Shown: positions 27,336-36,692 of the stretch, piece by piece
How positions within the stretch are numbered: the stretch's first letter is position 1
How the letters are laid out: each line of letters begins with the position of its first letter
Assembly (NCBI GenBank): GCA_002723345.1
Contig: PBNV01000004.1
Location: forward strand, 1,543-65,542
Origin: Rhodospirillaceae bacterium
Lineage (GTDB): Bacteria > Pseudomonadota > Alphaproteobacteria > Rhodospirillales > UBA2165
DNA length: 64,000 nucleotides
Reading direction: 5' to 3'
Notes under the pieces: model-generated
The model's database searches: none
What the model was told of the DNA's origin: nothing
The model's input: the letters and a program-made list of their open reading frames with translations, nothing else
Made by a program: the position numbers and the translations under genes

Positions 27336-29651
27336 CTAAGCGGCGTCTTGGAGTGCACGCCAGACGCGTTCCGGTGTGGCAGGCATTTCGATGTCCGTCA
27401 CACCAGCGGAGGATAAGGCGTCCACGATGGCATTTACGACGGCCGGCGGCGCACCAACGGTGCCGGTTTCCCCTGCCCCTTTAACACCCAGAGGATTAGT
27501 GCCTGTTGGCACTGGATGTGATGAGGCATTAAAAAGTGGTACGACGTCCGCTCGCGGCATGGTGTAATCTTGGAAAGATGCCGACAACAACTGGCCCGAC
27601 TCGTTTTCGTAGACAATATTCTCAAACAAAGCCTGTCCAACGCCTTGGGTAATGCCGCCGTGAATTTGTCCCTCCAGCAACAGGGGGTTAATGACATTTC
27701 CAACATCACCCACGATGGTCATGTCAACGAGGGAGACCTTTCCGGGGTCAGGATCCACTTCCACTTCAGCGATCTGGCATCCATTGGGAAAGTTGCCAGT
27801 GCCCGGGTCGAAGGTCCCGGTTCCATCCAAGCCCATTCCGAGATGAGACGGCCACATCATCGGCGTGTAGGACATCTTGGCAACTTCAACGATATCGATG
27901 CTTTTGTCGGTGCCCGCGACAGAAAACGCACCATCCTCAAATTCGATGTCCGACTCGCCGGCTTCCAGCAGGTGGCCTGCTATCTTTTTGCCTTTCTTAA
28001 TAATCTCATCTGCGGCAAAACGCAGAGCTGATCCGCCCACCGTCATCGACCGCGACCCGACCGTGCCCCGGCCCATGGCGACTTTGTCGGAGTCTCCTTG
28101 CAGGAGGGTTACGCTGTCGTAAGGTACACCGAGGAATTCAGACACCATCTGAGAGTAAACTGTCGCATGGCCCTGACCGTGGGAGTGCGTTCCAGCAATA
28201 ACGGTGACAGTTCCACCAGCGTCAAACCGGATATCCATGCGCTCGTTGAACGGTGCCGCTCCCTCCAAGTAGGATGAAAGGCCAATTCCGCGGAGCTTTC
28301 CAGCTGTTTCAGATCGCTGACGGCGGGCCGCAAATCCAGACCAATCTGCTTTGTCCAAGGCGTCATCCATTACATTCTCAAACTCACCGCTGTCATAGGC
28401 GTAAATTAGGGCCGTCTGGTACGGCATCTGATCCGATTTGATAAGATTTTTACGTCGGATTTCGATAGCATCCATGCCCATTTCTTTGGCACCGAGCTCA
28501 ATCAGTCGCTCCAGCACGTACGCGGCCTCGGGCCGCCCGGCCCCGCGATAAGGAGCCGTGCCGTTGGTATTGGTGTAGCGGCACCGGGTCGTGACGTCGA
28601 TGGCTGGGATGGCATAGACACCCGACATAAGAAAGGTAAAGAACATCGGAGGGACACCCGCCGAAGGCGCAACATAGGCGCCAACATTGTAATCACCGGA
28701 CACCCTCACAGCGGTGATCAAACCATTAGCATCGAAAGCCATTTCGCAATCCGCGACCACATCTCGGCCATGGGAGTCGGAAATAAACGACTCAAGCCGA
28801 TCCGACGTCCATTTCACGGGACGGTTAAGACGCCTTGCTGCCCAGAGAACTAAAACGTCCTCTCCATAAAAACCGCCCTTCATTCCAAAGCCGCCGCCTA
28901 CGTCTGGAGAGATCACCTGCAATTTGTTTTCCGGTATATGAAAGAGCTCATGGGCAATCTCCTGGCGCACCCGATTGGGCCCCTGGTTGCTGCCGTAGAG
29001 CGTGAGCTTGTCTTCCCCTTTACTATACACTCCGATCGAGGCCCGGGGCTCCATAGAATTAGTGGTGATGCGATTATTATAGATAGTCGACTTCGTGACA
29101 TGATGGGCCTTATTTATAGCATCCGTAACACCGTCCGCATTCCCCATGCCGAAGGTCCAGGCCAAGTTATCATCAATGCCTTCCCAGACACCGGGGGCGC
29201 CCTCCTTCCTTGCCTCCTGAACGCGCGTCACGGACGGTAAAATTTCATAATCCACCATGATTAGTTCAGACGCGTCCATTGCCTCTGTTAGGCTTTCTGC
29301 AATGACTAGGGCCAGAGGGGCACCGACGCATTTAACTTCCCCCCGCACCAGTGCGGGATGCGGGCGCAGACGAGCCTCCCCCTTAAGGAGCATTGGATTG
29401 ACAGTCTCACAGTTGATGGTCCCCATTCCGTCCGACGCGTAATCCTCACCGGTCAGAACAGCAATAACACCGGGCGCATCCTCTGCCTCGCTCGTATCTA
29501 TGGCATTGATCTTTGCGTTCGCATGTATCGACCTGTGCACCGCAGCGTATGTCATATTAGGAAAACCGATATCATCTACATACCGTCCCTGGCCGGTCAA
29601 AAATTTTGGGTCTTCTTTGCGGGTAACGGGTTGTCCAATTCCAAACTGCAT
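27336..29651 (-). CDS. xanthine dehydrogenase-family molybdopterin-binding subunit (CoxL-like)
   Basis: RKEDPKFLTGQGRYVDD, DVGGGFGMK, PYRGAGRPEA, HGQGHAT, GSRS, INPLLLEGQIHGG, GVKGAGE. Confidence 0.93.
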   Translation of the reverse strand: MQFGIGQPVTRKEDPKFLTGQGRYVDDIGFPNMTYAAVHRSIHANAKINAIDTSEAEDAPGVIAVLTGEDYASDGMGTINCETVNPMLLKGEARLRPHPALVRGEVKCVGAPLALVIAESLTEAMDASELIMVDYEILPSVTRVQEARKEGAPGVWEGIDDNLAWTFGMGNADGVTDAINKAHHVTKSTIYNNRITTNSMEPRASIGVYSKGEDKLTLYGSNQGPNRVRQEIAHELFHIPENKLQVISPDVGGGFGMKGGFYGEDVLVLWAARRLNRPVKWTSDRLESFISDSHGRDVVADCEMAFDANGLITAVRVSGDYNVGAYVAPSAGVPPMFFTFLMSGVYAIPAIDVTTRCRYTNTNGTAPYRGAGRPEAAYVLERLIELGAKEMGMDAIEIRRKNLIKSDQMPYQTALIYAYDSGEFENVMDDALDKADWSGFAARRQRSETAGKLRGIGLSSYLEGAAPFNERMDIRFDAGGTVTVIAGTHSHGQGHATVYSQMVSEFLGVPYDSVTLLQGDSDKVAMGRGTVGSRSMTVGGSALRFAADEIIKKGKKIAGHLLEAGESDIEFEDGAFSVAGTDKSIDIVEVAKMSYTPMMWPSHLGMGLDGTGTFDPGTGNFPNGCQIAEVEVDPDPGKVSLVDMTIVGDVGNVINPLLLEGQIHGGITQGVGQALFENIVYENESGQLLSASFQDYTMPRADVVPLFNASSHPVPTGTNPLGVKGAGETGTVGAPPAVVNAIVDALSSAGVTDIEMPATPERVWRALQDAA

Positions 29652-29781
29652 GATGCGTCGCCTTATATGATGTATTAGAGGGCGTGAATTTTACTGGAAT
29701 TGTTCTTAATTCCCAGACCTTTTTACTCCGCCGCAAGGACAGTAGAGCCCCGCAATCAGATGTTGACGCGAGGGAGAGACT

Positions 29782-30261
29782 TCAATACCGGGGATCGTCC
29801 ATCCGATAGAGCCGGCTCGCCGCTGTTTTCGCAAACTGAACATGTTGCGTCTTGCGACGGGCGGCATTTACTCTGACGATCTTCGCTTCCCGCAGAATGG
29901 CGGCATTGTAGGCATCTGCTATCATGAGACCGCACTCTTCGGGCAGAATTTCGATAGGAAATCCGTTGGCAACTGCAAAATACATTTGATCAGCGAACGG
30001 CAGATAATCTCGCCACTTATCATCGGAGCGGAAATCAGCGACGGAGGATTTGACCTCAATAACAATATAAAAACCCTTGCTGTTCAGACCCATCACATCC
30101 ACGCGACGGTTAGAGGTCAGTTTAAATTCCGTAAGCGGGCTATACCCGAGTGACCATAGATACCGACAAACACCCCGGGTGATGTCCTCTGCCCCGAACT
30201 GGCCGACAATCGGCAGCTCTTTCTCGAACAAAAATTTGTTCCTGTTATGTTTCATCGGCAC
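29782..30261 (-). CDS. mmcB: MmcB family DNA-repair putative endonuclease (true start probably downstream of 30261)
   Basis: ITRGVCR, RRVDVMGL, IEVKSSVADFRSDDKW, LPEECGLMIADAY, AARRK. Confidence 0.88.
   Translation of the reverse strand: MPMKHNRNKFLFEKELPIVGQFGAEDITRGVCRYLWSLGYSPLTEFKLTSNRRVDVMGLNSKGFYIVIEVKSSVADFRSDDKWRDYLPFADQMYFAVANGFPIEILPEECGLMIADAYNAAILREAKIVRVNAARRKTQHVQFAKTAASRLYRMDDPRY
30238..30252 (-). promoter_or_regulatory. candidate alphaproteobacterial LexA (SOS) box at mmcB
   Basis: GTTC-CTGTTAT-GTTT (minus strand AAAC-N7-GAAC), one mismatch to GTTC-N7-GTTC. Confidence 0.55.
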
Positions 30262-30365
30262 AGCTTACAGTCAAAACTCCGCCATCTGCAACAATTTCAG
30301 CAGAGTACTCGCGCAGGCGTTGCTGGTTCTAGTCAGTCCGGCCCAAATCCCGTAAACTTCCAATT

Positions 30366-30806
30366 ATGTCCAATATGCTCGAAATGTCGCGGCAGGCGCA
30401 ACAGTTGCTACCCTGTAACACTCAGGGGCAAGGCCTCTATGAGATCACGCGGGATGTCATCAGTTGGACCGAGTCCTGGCCAATAACGACCGGGCTTCTG
30501 ACTATCTATTGCCGGCATACATCAGCTTCGCTCATCATTCAAGAAAACGCGGATCCGGCAGTGCTAGAAGATCTACAACATTTCTTCAAACAACTCGTTC
30601 CTGAAGGCGGTTTGTCATACAAGCACGCCGCCGAGGGGCCCGATGATATGCCCGCTCACATCAAGGGCGCACTCACCGCGACGTGTCTGAGCATCCCAGT
30701 TGCCAGTGGCTCACTCACACTAGGTGTTTGGCAGGGGATTTTTCTATTTGAACATAGATTGCAGCCCCACACTCGCGAGGTTATCCTTCATCTGACCGGG
30801 ACTTAA
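30366..30806 (+). CDS. yjbQ: YjbQ/UPF0047 family protein
   Basis: RHTSASLIIQENADP, HAAEGPDDMPAHIK, LGVWQGIFLFEHR. Confidence 0.93.
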   Translation: MSNMLEMSRQAQQLLPCNTQGQGLYEITRDVISWTESWPITTGLLTIYCRHTSASLIIQENADPAVLEDLQHFFKQLVPEGGLSYKHAAEGPDDMPAHIKGALTATCLSIPVASGSLTLGVWQGIFLFEHRLQPHTREVILHLTGT

Positions 30807-30815
30807 AGGACATCT

Positions 30816-32807
30816 ATGGATATATCCCGAGCCATCCGCAAACGATTGGAGGAGGGCCTGCAGGAACATCAGCGCGGGGCACTCGAGGCTGCGCAGGTGA
30901 TCTACCAAGGGGTGCTAGATGACGACCCCGAGAATGCAGATGCCTATCATTTTTTGGGGCTGATTGCCCATCAGCAGCAAAATTTCGAAACAGCGGTCTC
31001 GCTTATCCAAAGAGCGACCGCTAAAGATAACGCACGGCCCACCTTTCATTTTAATCTGGGAGCCGCTCAATTGGCCCTAGGCGAAACCGAGGCGGCACGG
31101 GCCTCCTACGAGAGAGCGGCAATATTCAAACCGGATTGGCCGGAAGCTCATTTTAACGCTGGCAGTCTCGCGGGCCAGATGAACGATGCGGAACGAGCCT
31201 TGTCATCATTGACCCGGGCTATCGAACTGAGAGAAAATTATGCTGAAGCGCACTCCAGCTTGGCTGCTGTGCTAAACATACTCAATCGCCCTGCTGATGC
31301 GAAAGTTTCTGCCGATAGAGCTTTACAACTCGATCCCGAATTAGCAGAGGCATGGATCAACCTTGGCAACGCTGAGGACAAACTCGGGGACTTATCTGCT
31401 GCGGAGACAGCTCACCGCCGATCTATCCAGGCCAATCCTGCCAATGCGTCAAGCTATTATAATCTTGGAAACACCCTTGCAGATATGTGGCAACAGACTG
31501 AGGCAATACGGTATTTCAGAAAAGCCCTGGAGATATCGCCCGAGTTCGAGAATGCGCAAGATAACCTGCTTCTTAACCTGTTATATGATCCAAACGCAAC
31601 AGAGGCCTCGCTTTTCCACGAGAGCAGGACCTGCGAAAAACAGTTGTCTCGCCCCTCGGCCCAAGCCGATCATAATAATAGTAGACAGCCGGACCGACCC
31701 CTTAACATTGGCTATGTTTCGCCCGACTTTCGCACCCATTCCTGCGCTTATTTTCTGGAAGCCCTGTTCAGACATCACGACCGAGTACGATTTGTTATCT
31801 TTGCCTATGCCAATGTTGCGCAGCCAGATAAAACTAGTAGTCGGTTTCAGGAAATGGCCGACCACTGGCACAATATATCGGGAATGAGCGACGAAGCGGC
31901 GGTCCAATTAATTGGGGCGAACAAGATCGATGTTCTCGTCGACCTCGCGGGCCGAAGCAAAAATCACCGCTTGGGCATATTCCGTCGTAAACCAGCACCA
32001 ATCCAGATAAGCTGGCTCGGGTATCCCGGCACGACAGGTGTGCCAGCCATTGATTACCGTATCACCGACACCACCGCCGACCCGATCGGGCCGGCTGATG
32101 ACCACCATGCCGAAACACTCCTCCGGCTAGATGGTGGCTTCCATTGTTACACGCCGCCAGACCCCTCTCCCAAACCTGCGCCGAGTCCCGTCAATCGCAA
32201 TGGTTATGTCACTTTTGGATCGTTCAACAACTTGGCGAAAGTGTCTGAATACACCATCGCGGTCTGGAGCGATATTCTTCGCCAAACACCCCAATCCGTT
32301 CTCCTGCTCAAAAGTCTGTCACTGGGCAGCCGGGAAACCCGGGACAACATTTTGGCAGCATTCGAGGCGAGGGAGATTGATGCCAACCGTATCAAGCTTA
32401 TGGGCTGGATACCCAAATCGGAGACCCCGCTTGCCGCGTACCATCAGATAGACATCGCTCTTGATACCTTTCCATATAATGGCACAACCACGACGTTTGA
32501 AGCGCTCTGGATGGGCGTCCCGGTTGTCACGGTTTCGGGTAGTCGGCATGCCGGGCGCGTGGGCGCGTCTATACTTGGCGCTCTTGATTTGGGTGATCTC
32601 GTGGCATTAACGTCGGCCGATTATATTGCCGCGTGCACGTCCCTTGCCCGTGACACGAAGAAGCTAAACTCATTGCGCTATAGTCTCCGAACTAGGCTGC
32701 GGGACTCAACCTTAATGGACGGTCTTGGCTTTACCAGAAAAATGGAAGAGGCCCTCCGTCAAACTTGGCGAAGCTGGTGCGCCAAGCCTGCAGCTGGACA
32801 CTCGTAG
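30816..32807 (+). CDS. TPR + GT41 (SPINDLY/O-GlcNAc transferase-like) glycosyltransferase
   Basis: Several TPRs; IGYVSPDFRTHS, DVLVDLAG, APIQISWLGYPGTTG, FGSFNNLAK, LDTFPYNGTTTTFEALWMGVPVV. Confidence 0.92.
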   Translation: MDISRAIRKRLEEGLQEHQRGALEAAQVIYQGVLDDDPENADAYHFLGLIAHQQQNFETAVSLIQRATAKDNARPTFHFNLGAAQLALGETEAARASYERAAIFKPDWPEAHFNAGSLAGQMNDAERALSSLTRAIELRENYAEAHSSLAAVLNILNRPADAKVSADRALQLDPELAEAWINLGNAEDKLGDLSAAETAHRRSIQANPANASSYYNLGNTLADMWQQTEAIRYFRKALEISPEFENAQDNLLLNLLYDPNATEASLFHESRTCEKQLSRPSAQADHNNSRQPDRPLNIGYVSPDFRTHSCAYFLEALFRHHDRVRFVIFAYANVAQPDKTSSRFQEMADHWHNISGMSDEAAVQLIGANKIDVLVDLAGRSKNHRLGIFRRKPAPIQISWLGYPGTTGVPAIDYRITDTTADPIGPADDHHAETLLRLDGGFHCYTPPDPSPKPAPSPVNRNGYVTFGSFNNLAKVSEYTIAVWSDILRQTPQSVLLLKSLSLGSRETRDNILAAFEAREIDANRIKLMGWIPKSETPLAAYHQIDIALDTFPYNGTTTTFEALWMGVPVVTVSGSRHAGRVGASILGALDLGDLVALTSADYIAACTSLARDTKKLNSLRYSLRTRLRDSTLMDGLGFTRKMEEALRQTWRSWCAKPAAGHS

Positions 32808-32842
32808 AAGTCTTATCGAGGGGAGAGAGACCGCGGCTCGGG

Positions 32843-33379
32843 TTATTCCGCCGCGCCAGCCCCGTGAATCCATGCGGCCTGTTTCTGCACGGTTTTGGTC
32901 TTAGTCCATGCTTCAAGCATCTCTGCTGACGAGGAGCTCAACCGCTCCATCATCTCAGGTGTCTCTGTCCTTACAGTGAGTTCGAGCCGATGGCCATTGG
33001 GGTCGAAGAAGTAAATAGACTTGCAGAAGCCGTGATCCGTCGGACCAATCACGTCAACCCCCGCGGCTTCCAGCTTGGCCTTTTTCTCAAGCAGCTCTTC
33101 CTCATCTTCAACAACGAGTGCGAGATGTTGTACCCATTCTGGCGTGTTGGTGTCTTTAATCGCCGGCGGCGACTCCGGCACCTCAAAAAAGGCCACACAA
33201 CTGCCGTCCGCCATGGCAAAGAAAATGTGCATGTAAGGACATTTCTCACCCGTAGAGGGTACAGTGTCTTCCGACACGGCAGCGTAATATTTTAAACCTA
33301 ATATATCGATATAAAAATCTGCCGTTTGCTTGGCATCATTGCATCGATACGCCACATGATGGAGTTGCTGGACTGCCAT
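32843..33379 (-). CDS. VOC/glyoxalase family protein
   Basis: LHHVAYRC, VPSTGEKCPYMHIFF, QHLAL, DHGFCKSIYFFDPNGHRLEL; RBS AGGAGG. Confidence 0.9.
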   Translation of the reverse strand: MAVQQLHHVAYRCNDAKQTADFYIDILGLKYYAAVSEDTVPSTGEKCPYMHIFFAMADGSCVAFFEVPESPPAIKDTNTPEWVQHLALVVEDEEELLEKKAKLEAAGVDVIGPTDHGFCKSIYFFDPNGHRLELTVRTETPEMMERLSSSSAEMLEAWTKTKTVQKQAAWIHGAGAAE

Positions 33380-33417
33380 AATTACCTCCTGTGTAATTCG
33401 TATCCTGTTAATCGCCG

Positions 33418-33447
33418 ATCATACGCCCCCTGGCCCGCAACGTGCAA
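33418..33447 (-). promoter_or_regulatory. sigma70-like promoter of the VOC gene
   Basis: Minus strand TTGCAC-N18-TATGAT about 40 nt upstream of the ATG. Confidence 0.5.
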
Positions 33448-33520
33448 GTTTGACGCTCTCATTGAATTCTGAGGTATTGCTGCCTAAGAATGGGTCAGCT
33501 CAGACAACTAAATTCGACGA

Positions 33521-34198
33521 ATGGTAAAGAATATCAAAATTACACGGAGCAGTGTTCTGTCTGGTGCCCTCGAGGCCCATTTGGAAAAGTGCGAGCGGAA
33601 GGGGCTATTACAACGCTCAACCCAAGAAGAGCGCTCCCGTTCTCGGCAAGAAGCGATCGCGAAGTTTGCCCCCAGAGAAGACATCTGGCTCTTTGCCTAC
33701 GGGTCCTTGTTATGGAACCCGACCATCTACTTCAAGGAAATGAGGAACGGCCAATTGAGGGGATATCATCGACGGTTCTGCATGGAGACGGTCCTGGGCC
33801 GGGGCACACCTGAGAATCCTGGATTAATGCTCGCCCTTGATCATGGCGGCTCGTGCCACGGCATTGCCTACCGTATTGATCGGGCGGTCGCAGAGCAAGA
33901 GCTAAAAATAGTCTGGGACCGGGAAATGATCTCGACCGCCTATGTCGCCCGGGTTCTGCCATTGGTGACGGATCAAGGCCCTCTCAAGGCCATCACCTTT
34001 ACCATCAATCGCAATAGCAAACAGTATACCGGCAAAATGGCCGTGGAAAAAGTTGCCGCCGTGATTGCCCGGTCCGGCGGACCCATGGGAGACTGTTCGG
34101 AGTATTTATTTCAAACGATCGAAAAAATGACAGAATTAAATATAAAAGATAAGCATCTTTTACTTCTCGCGGACTTAGTAAAAGCGCAATTGGCGTAG
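33521..34198 (+). CDS. chaC: ChaC-like glutathione-specific gamma-glutamylcyclotransferase
   Basis: WLFAYGSLLWNP, RGTPENPGLMLALD, CHGIAYRI, WDREM, EYLFQT. Confidence 0.9.
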   Translation: MVKNIKITRSSVLSGALEAHLEKCERKGLLQRSTQEERSRSRQEAIAKFAPREDIWLFAYGSLLWNPTIYFKEMRNGQLRGYHRRFCMETVLGRGTPENPGLMLALDHGGSCHGIAYRIDRAVAEQELKIVWDREMISTAYVARVLPLVTDQGPLKAITFTINRNSKQYTGKMAVEKVAAVIARSGGPMGDCSEYLFQTIEKMTELNIKDKHLLLLADLVKAQLA

Positions 34199-34282
34199 AC
34201 TATTGGGCGCCCGGAACGCACTAGGGCTTCACAAGTTGGGTTCAAAAGGTTTCAATGTAGAAGTATCGATAGGGAGGAAATA

Positions 34283-35305
34283 ATGGCAAGTAATCCGATC
34301 GACGGTTTTCAAGTGGACCATGCAGATATTAAATTTATCGGCAAGGATCTTCAGAGACCAGAATGTATCCTTGCCAAAAGCACCGGCGACCTCTGGGCGG
34401 CGGACGCCCGCGGCGGTGTTGTAAAAATCACCCCGGATGGGCGTCAAGACATAATCACTCAGCATTTTGGAGAGACATTCTCCCAGGCGCAAAATGCGGC
34501 CACCCAGTTCACCGAAGGGACGCTTCCCAATGGCCTAGCCTTTGCCAAAAATGGCAATATATACATCTCTAACTTCGGCACCGATGTGCTTGAGGTTATG
34601 GAACCGAACGGAAAAACCACCGTATTGTATGATGAAATTGATGGCGAACCCATCGGCAAAGTCAATTTTGTCCTACGCGATACGAAAGAACGGCTATGGC
34701 TGACCGTGTCGACTCGAATCAAGAATTGGATGGAGGCAATTAGTCCAAATGTCTCCGATGGCTTTATCGCGATGGCGGATGATAGGGGCCTCCGGATTAT
34801 GACGGACGGCCTGTCCTTCACCAATGAAATCCGCTTCGATGCCAACGAGGAATATCTGTATATCGTAGAGACTTGTGGCCAACGCATTTCCCGAATGAAA
34901 GTGGCCGAAGACGGCACGCTCTCCCAACGGGAAGTATTTGGTCCCACTCAACTGGGCAGCGGTGGTTTTCCTGACGGCATCGCTTTCGACTCCCATGGAA
35001 ACCTCTGGGGCACATTGGTTATGTCGGATCAGATCTTCGCCATCACGCCAGAGGGGGATTACCGGGTAATCTTGGACGACAGGGTCGCAGAAACAGAGCA
35101 AGCACTGGAAAAGGCCTTCCGGGCCGACGCGGTCACGCCAGACCACATGCTGGCGGCTGGCGGCACGATCGCTAATTGGTTCGCCAGTGTGACATTCGGG
35201 GGTCTCGATCTCAAAACGGTTTATATCGGAAGCTTGCGCGGCACACGTATTCCCTATTTCAAATCGCCCGTCGCTGGACTGCCAATGGCGCATTGGGCCG
35301 AATAA
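34283..35305 (+). CDS. SMP-30/gluconolactonase/LRE family beta-propeller
   Basis: LQRPECI, LPNGLAF, FTNEIRFD, FPDGIAFDSHGNLW, SVTFGG.DLKTVYIGSL. Confidence 0.88.
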   Translation: MASNPIDGFQVDHADIKFIGKDLQRPECILAKSTGDLWAADARGGVVKITPDGRQDIITQHFGETFSQAQNAATQFTEGTLPNGLAFAKNGNIYISNFGTDVLEVMEPNGKTTVLYDEIDGEPIGKVNFVLRDTKERLWLTVSTRIKNWMEAISPNVSDGFIAMADDRGLRIMTDGLSFTNEIRFDANEEYLYIVETCGQRISRMKVAEDGTLSQREVFGPTQLGSGGFPDGIAFDSHGNLWGTLVMSDQIFAITPEGDYRVILDDRVAETEQALEKAFRADAVTPDHMLAAGGTIANWFASVTFGGLDLKTVYIGSLRGTRIPYFKSPVAGLPMAHWAE

Positions 35306-35310
35306 TAGGT

Positions 35311-35844
35311 ATGGCCGACCCACTCTATCAGATGACAGCAGAGTATGTTAAGGTGCAGGACCGCATTGTCTTCCGGGTCAGCACGCGAAAACGGATTGAA
35401 TATAGAGTCTGGCTGACACGACGCTTGGTTAAGGGCCTCTGGGGGGTGGCCATTAAAGCCTTCGAATTGGAGCCCGAGGTCGCGCAACAGAGCCATCAGC
35501 CCAGCGTCAAAAAAGCCGTCATGTCCATGAGGCACCGGGAGGCTGTCCAGTCGGGAGATTTTTCCCGCAAGCATGATACCAAAACCGTCAAACCACCGCA
35601 GATTGAACAGAACCATCCTCTTCTTGCCATTAGGGCAGAAATTGGCCGCACGGATAAGGATACGATCCGGCTCACGTTTCATACCGCCGAACAAAAAAAA
35701 GTCAGTCTGAACTTAACCAGTGAGATGCTTCACGCCGTCTGTCATCTTCTACAGAAGGCGACAGATAGGGCCGGATGGGATTTAATGCTAAATGTTGGCG
35801 ATGCTGGTTCGATTGTTACCAGCAGTACGGAACAACTTCACTAA
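35311..35844 (+). CDS. hypothetical protein
   Basis: ATG 5 nt after the SMP-30 stop; YVKVQDRIVFRVST..EYRVWLTRRLVKGLW; 177 aa open frame. Confidence 0.75.
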   Translation: MADPLYQMTAEYVKVQDRIVFRVSTRKRIEYRVWLTRRLVKGLWGVAIKAFELEPEVAQQSHQPSVKKAVMSMRHREAVQSGDFSRKHDTKTVKPPQIEQNHPLLAIRAEIGRTDKDTIRLTFHTAEQKKVSLNLTSEMLHAVCHLLQKATDRAGWDLMLNVGDAGSIVTSSTEQLH

Positions 35845-35869
35845 GTCCCAATTTTCAGCCAGTAGACGC

Positions 35870-35906
35870 AAAAAATAAAACCGCCGCCGGCAGATGCCAG
35901 CGGCGG
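35870..35906 (-). terminator. Rho-independent terminator after the selenoprotein gene
   Basis: Minus strand CCGCCGC-TGGCA-TC-TGCCG-GCGGCGG followed by TTTTATTTTTT, between convergent genes. Confidence 0.75.
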
Positions 35907-35931
35907 CTAACGCGATCTATCTCTTCGATCG

Positions 35932-36411
35932 CTACTTGTTTAGCGACTCGAGAAAGTTGATAACTTTAAGGACATCATCTGGGTTAACCCGTCCGAGCGG
36001 TCCCGAACTATAAGATGACATCATAACCGTGCCATCATCCTTCATCAGAAATTCGCTCGGCTGAATCATCTCTGGGTGCCTAGCATCTCCATACCAAGCT
36101 CCGATTTGCTCCGCCTGCTCCCGGGTCACCCCCTCGCCGACATCAAAAGAAACATCATTTGCCACCTCCCTTGCCTCGTCACCGGTATCCACACTGGCAG
36201 CAAAGACTTTTACACCCTTTTCTGCGAGCGCGTCCTTATGCTCTTCGAAAGCGACCAACTGCCGCCGACAATAAGGTCACCAATGCCCCCGATAGAACAA
36301 CACCACATTATATTTGCCATCCATATGATCGGGCAGATCGATAGAACCTCCCCCTGACACCTGAAGCGTCATGGACGGGAAAACACTGCCAGGACCCAGT
36401 TTTTCTGCCAT
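35932..36411 (-). CDS. peroxiredoxin-like (AhpC/TSA, thioredoxin fold) selenoprotein; Sec45 in UxxC
   Basis: RBS AAGGA, ATG 36411: MAEKLGPGSVFPSMTL...VVLFYRGHW[TGA 36279-36277]PYCRRQLVAFEEHK...KVFAASVD...; 159 aa; ORF track shows only the part after UGA. Confidence 0.88.
36234..36276 (-). promoter_or_regulatory. bacterial SECIS-like hairpin directly 3' of the UGA
   Basis: CCUUAU-UG-UCG-GCGGC-[AGUUG]-GUCGC-UUU-CGA-AGAG-CAUAAGG; apical loop 16 nt from UGA with GU at loop positions 2-3. Confidence 0.7.
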
Positions 36412-36628
36412 AATAGTTCCTTTTGATTTGAGGATTTAAGCGTTACCTGCAGCGCATTGCGGGTTTAACCTATTTAAACCAAATTCGAGCCCTTGGTTCA
36501 ATCGTCCCAAGACTTAAACTTACGGATATTTCAAGGCCAGGGCAAAACACCGAGGTATGATGCATATGTCAACGGCGATTTAAGTGCATTGTCCATTTGA
36601 GTGATTATTGCGCCGTCGAGGATCATAT

Positions 36629-36666
36629 AAAAAGGACGCGCTAGTCACCCAGCACGCCCTTTTTTG
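36629..36666 (-). terminator. Rho-independent terminator after ibpA
   Basis: Minus strand GGGCGTGCTGG-GTGA-CTAGCGCGTCC followed by TTTTT. Confidence 0.75.
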
Positions 36667-36692
36667 GTTTTTGAGTCCGTGCGGTTAAATGG

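Noticed and set aside
27336-29651. Aerobic CO dehydrogenase call
   Set aside because: Lacks the AYxCSFR motif and adjacent coxM/coxS/accessory genes
33431-33446. sigma54-like TGGCCC-N5-GTGCA upstream of chaC
   Set aside because: Two mismatches; better explained as the opposite-strand sigma70 -35 element of the VOC gene
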